Made by a program: the position numbers and the translations under genes | Source of the DNA: Diadema antillarum | Lineage: Eukaryota | DNA length: 64,000 bases | Assembly (NCBI RefSeq): GCF_040938485.1 | Contig: NW_027271753.1 | Span: 868,001-932,000, forward strand | Reading direction: 5' to 3' | Shown here: one piece after another, positions 60,609 to 64,000 of the stretch | Layout: every line of letters starts with the position of its first letter | Numbering within the stretch: position 1 is the first letter of the stretch | Notes under the pieces: generated by a model | Told to the model about the DNA's origin: nothing | The model's input: the letters and a program-made list of their open reading frames with translations, nothing else | Databases searched by the model: none

Positions 60609-63600
60609 TTAAGGAGAAAACCCTAAGGCTCACAGCCACACCAGACTAGACACAACACCACGAATAGCATTGATGTATGAAAGCACATTTGATTTGATTC
60701 TTGCTCCCCTGTTTATTTTTTTTTCGAAAAAAGTGGCAACCTTTCCTTTGAATTATTGTTTTAAAATGCATTATGACTGTAGTACATATATAAAATGACT
60801 AATTGGCTCTTTTACTGTTATAAAAACTCATCATTATAGTTCAATAAAGTGTACCTTAATATCCTGAGGGTCAATGTGCACATGTTTTGGATTATCTACA
60901 GTAGAATGCATACGCTTGCCATGAATATGAGTTTCCACAATCACAGCCGGATATTACCGGGGGTGGGGGTGGGGGCAACAATGAATAAAAACACACATTA
61001 GTGAACATTTTGTGCTGTACTCACTTGCATTCAACATGCCACTTGCCAGCTTATGAAGCTTTAGTCCTTTGGAAATTAAATGGAGTGTACTATGAAGATC
61101 TCCAGCTTTGTAATAAAGCAGGATGCCTCCTGACATTTGCTGAGATTGTTCTGTGCAGTCAAGTTACATGGCTCTAAGGCATTTAATCAGAGATCCATGA
61201 GAAATATGGTAGCCAATTTATTTGATGTATGATCAAAGGCATGGGTTTTCAGCTCTGCCAAATATGGGGTAACAGTGCAGTGCAATAAAGCCACAATACT
61301 GCATCTCATGCATGCTCTTCTTCAGATAACATGCAAAATGTACAAGTGCATTTAAGACCAACGTCTTGCATTTTGTGGTAATGAACAATATGTGTGTGCA
61401 ATTACAGTGTCTGACCTACAATATGTAATCTAGTGCTTTATTACTGTAGATGTTTATCACTCCCCTTCATTTAAATGCCCCTTTTCCCAAAAGCTACAGT
61501 AGAGCAAAAGATCTTAAAGGCAAAAGAGCTTAGAACTAGAGTTCATGCTCTGTATGGGATGTACAGGGCATGTTTTTACAATATTCAGTATATTTCTTCT
61601 TCAACAAATAAACAGTACAATTTGTATGTGATATAGATGAAAATAATTGTATTAGATTTTTTTTCTGAAATTTGTTTTGGTAGGCTGGATATGTTCAAAT
61701 TTACCATTTTCAATGTAAAGATGAATTTAAACCTACAGAATACAATGTACAAGTATGTGTTTTACTGTATATTAGTATATCAATACAATGTAGATCTACA
61801 GAGGTTGCAGCTGTGGATTTCTCATTGAATATCAAAACTTATCACTATTACCATGACAAAAAATTGGGTAGTTTTTTTTTTTCCATCAGTGGAAATCACT
61901 ATGATTACCGGTACAGATTGCAAGCCAACAGTTTTGTTGTAGTATTTTTAGCAGCTGTGATGTAGACTGTGATTTACCATCTTTACCATTTGTTGGTTTC
62001 CCCAATCCCAAAACAGGTATTGTAATCCTGCTTTGCTATACAGGGATATTGCCCAAAGCAGTTTAACACATTGAATCAAGTTTGATTACTGACAGTCACA
62101 ATAGATCCCAATTAGAGGCTTATTGCATCATCTCTGCCTAATCACACTCTGCCAGTTTGCATTTGATAAACACAATCCTGAGATCGCTGGACTTCGCTTG
62201 TGTGAATTGGGTGTGAGGGATAGGAAGGTTTTAGTCTGTAGCTTTGTGTGTAAAGTGTGTACTGTGATGCATCATTATCACAGTGTGCCTATGTATAAAT
62301 GTGTGTGCGAGTGGGTGAGTGTGTGAGGGTGGATGATAGATAAAGACAGATCAGAGATACTGTAGATGGAGAGAGAAGGAAAGATGGGGGGGGGGGGGGA
62401 GAAGCATGGTATAGACAGATAGAGCATACCAATTAAGCAAATGATTGTATTTTTTACACTGCAGGTACTGAGTGTTACAAATGTAGTCAATATCAAGCCT
62501 GAAGCCAAGGATCTATTAGTGCCAATATTTTATGATAAAGATTTGCCTCTTTTAAAAAAAAAAAAAAGGGGGGGGGGGAAACATACTGGGAGCAGAGAAG
62601 TTATGTATTTGCATCAGCATGTACAAAAGACTTAACATTTGATTTGAGGAAGTAGCACAATAGATCAGGATCTGATACATGGTAATGAAATTGAGGTCAC
62701 AGAGATGTAGAAAAGAGTGGAATAAAAGGAAAGTATGTGGTTCATTTTAGATAATTTTTGCATCCTGATGAGGGAGTGGCAGACAGCTTGCCCTCATTGT
62801 CTGAGTTGATTAGAGCCAGGCTGTCAGGCTCAGAATAGCTTGACGTGTCATCTCATTATCTGTGACGTGGTAAAAGGGTGGGGAAAAAAATGAAATCTGT
62901 TGGCTATTTGTCAAGAGTCAGTCTAAGCCTCACTGGCGAATGTATGGATTATGGATGTAAGGTTCTTAAGCTGACCAGATTACAACCTTTTGAATGTCTG
63001 CCATCATACAGTACAACGTACATGTACATGTAGTACAGTGCAGGTTACATTTGTACAGTGTACCACCATGGTTTCATGTGAGCCATGAGGGGGCCTGTTA
63101 ATTCTACAGTGAGGTTTGTGATTACTGCAAGTTACAAGTATTCGAGTTACCATGGTGACAAATGAGATACTTGTAATTGGTTGATTCATATCTCTCTGCT
63201 ACTTGTAAATAGTGCAAGCTGTAATTATTGTACCCATACGTGCCATGTATGGAACACTGGATACATTGTTGCAGTAAACAAGATTATAATGAAATTTTGT
63301 GACGATGAAGTAAAAATTCAGGTCCCAAAATTATTATCTCTCATGCCTACTGTGCAAAATTTCCTAAATTTGGATATAACGAAGTAGCACTACCGGTGTC
63401 GAGGACTTCATTTTATTGGGAGTCACCTGGACAACAGACGATACCAGCTAGTGCAGGCACTGTCAGATCAGTGATGGTTGGTAGGCTTTGGCAACCTGGC
63501 TTTCAAAGTTTCATGCTGACTGGGCTCAATTGATGTAAATAGGGATTATCAAATGAAAAGACCAGAGCTCTCAATTTTATGGAATAAAGATTTTACGACA

Positions 63601-64000
63601 CATTATTCTTAAGCGTGGTGCCTATTGAATAGAGTGATATCTTTAGCGAGCCTGAGGAACAGAGCCCTTGTCCATTGTCATAAAATTAACTGAAGCAACT
63701 CAAATATTTGGTCATATTTTATATGCAACATCCATTATTCTGCTGTTACTGCACACAGTACAAATTTTTGGTTCATGTTATTTTTTTTTTGAGGGGGGGG
63801 GGGGATAATTAATTGCAAAATGATGCAATAAACTCCAAGGCAAAAAAGGGAAATTTGACCAAAAATTTTTCATGTAAAATAATTTGAAACTTAAAGTGGC
63901 ATGTATGCATGCTGCAGATTGAGGAATTGAAATAGTTCCCAAAAAGAAAGTTATCACATTTATAATTTATCTGTTTGTTTTACAGTGTGATCTGAGCTGA

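Overview
AT-rich eukaryotic genomic DNA from an invertebrate animal, probably an echinoderm or similar marine deuterostome (inferred from the gene sequences and repeat landscape), with two N gaps. Two conserved genes are recognisable: the 5' end of YIPF4 (minus strand, running off the left edge) and a complete 11-exon BABAM2/BRE (plus strand, 10348-19629, 379 aa). Between them lie a young 5'-truncated LINE and the most unusual item. Two ORFs listed separately in the track (5842-7131 and 4498-5070) join in frame through a canonical phase-1 intron. The product is a 578-aa protein with an N-terminal ComEA/EEPD1-type helix-hairpin-helix domain, a protamine-like Arg/Ser/SPR region and a C-terminal polybasic stretch plus CaaX box (CSIM). 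It is a candidate farnesylated DNA-to-membrane or nuclear-envelope tether. Two further orphan minus-strand coding regions occur at 32.3 kb (four ~36-aa repeats) and 39.4 kb (S/Y/R/P-rich). The rest is dense in non-autonomous DNA transposons: piggyBac-, Kolobok-, Harbinger-, hAT-, Tc1/mariner- and Sola-like MITEs, plus a Helentron/HINE carrying a 158-bp satellite. There is also a decayed second LINE, microsatellites, and what looks like a non-coding first exon at 48.2 kb followed by a long CpG-poor intron. No rRNA, intact tRNA or CRISPR array was seen. All calls were made by eye; no database searches were run.
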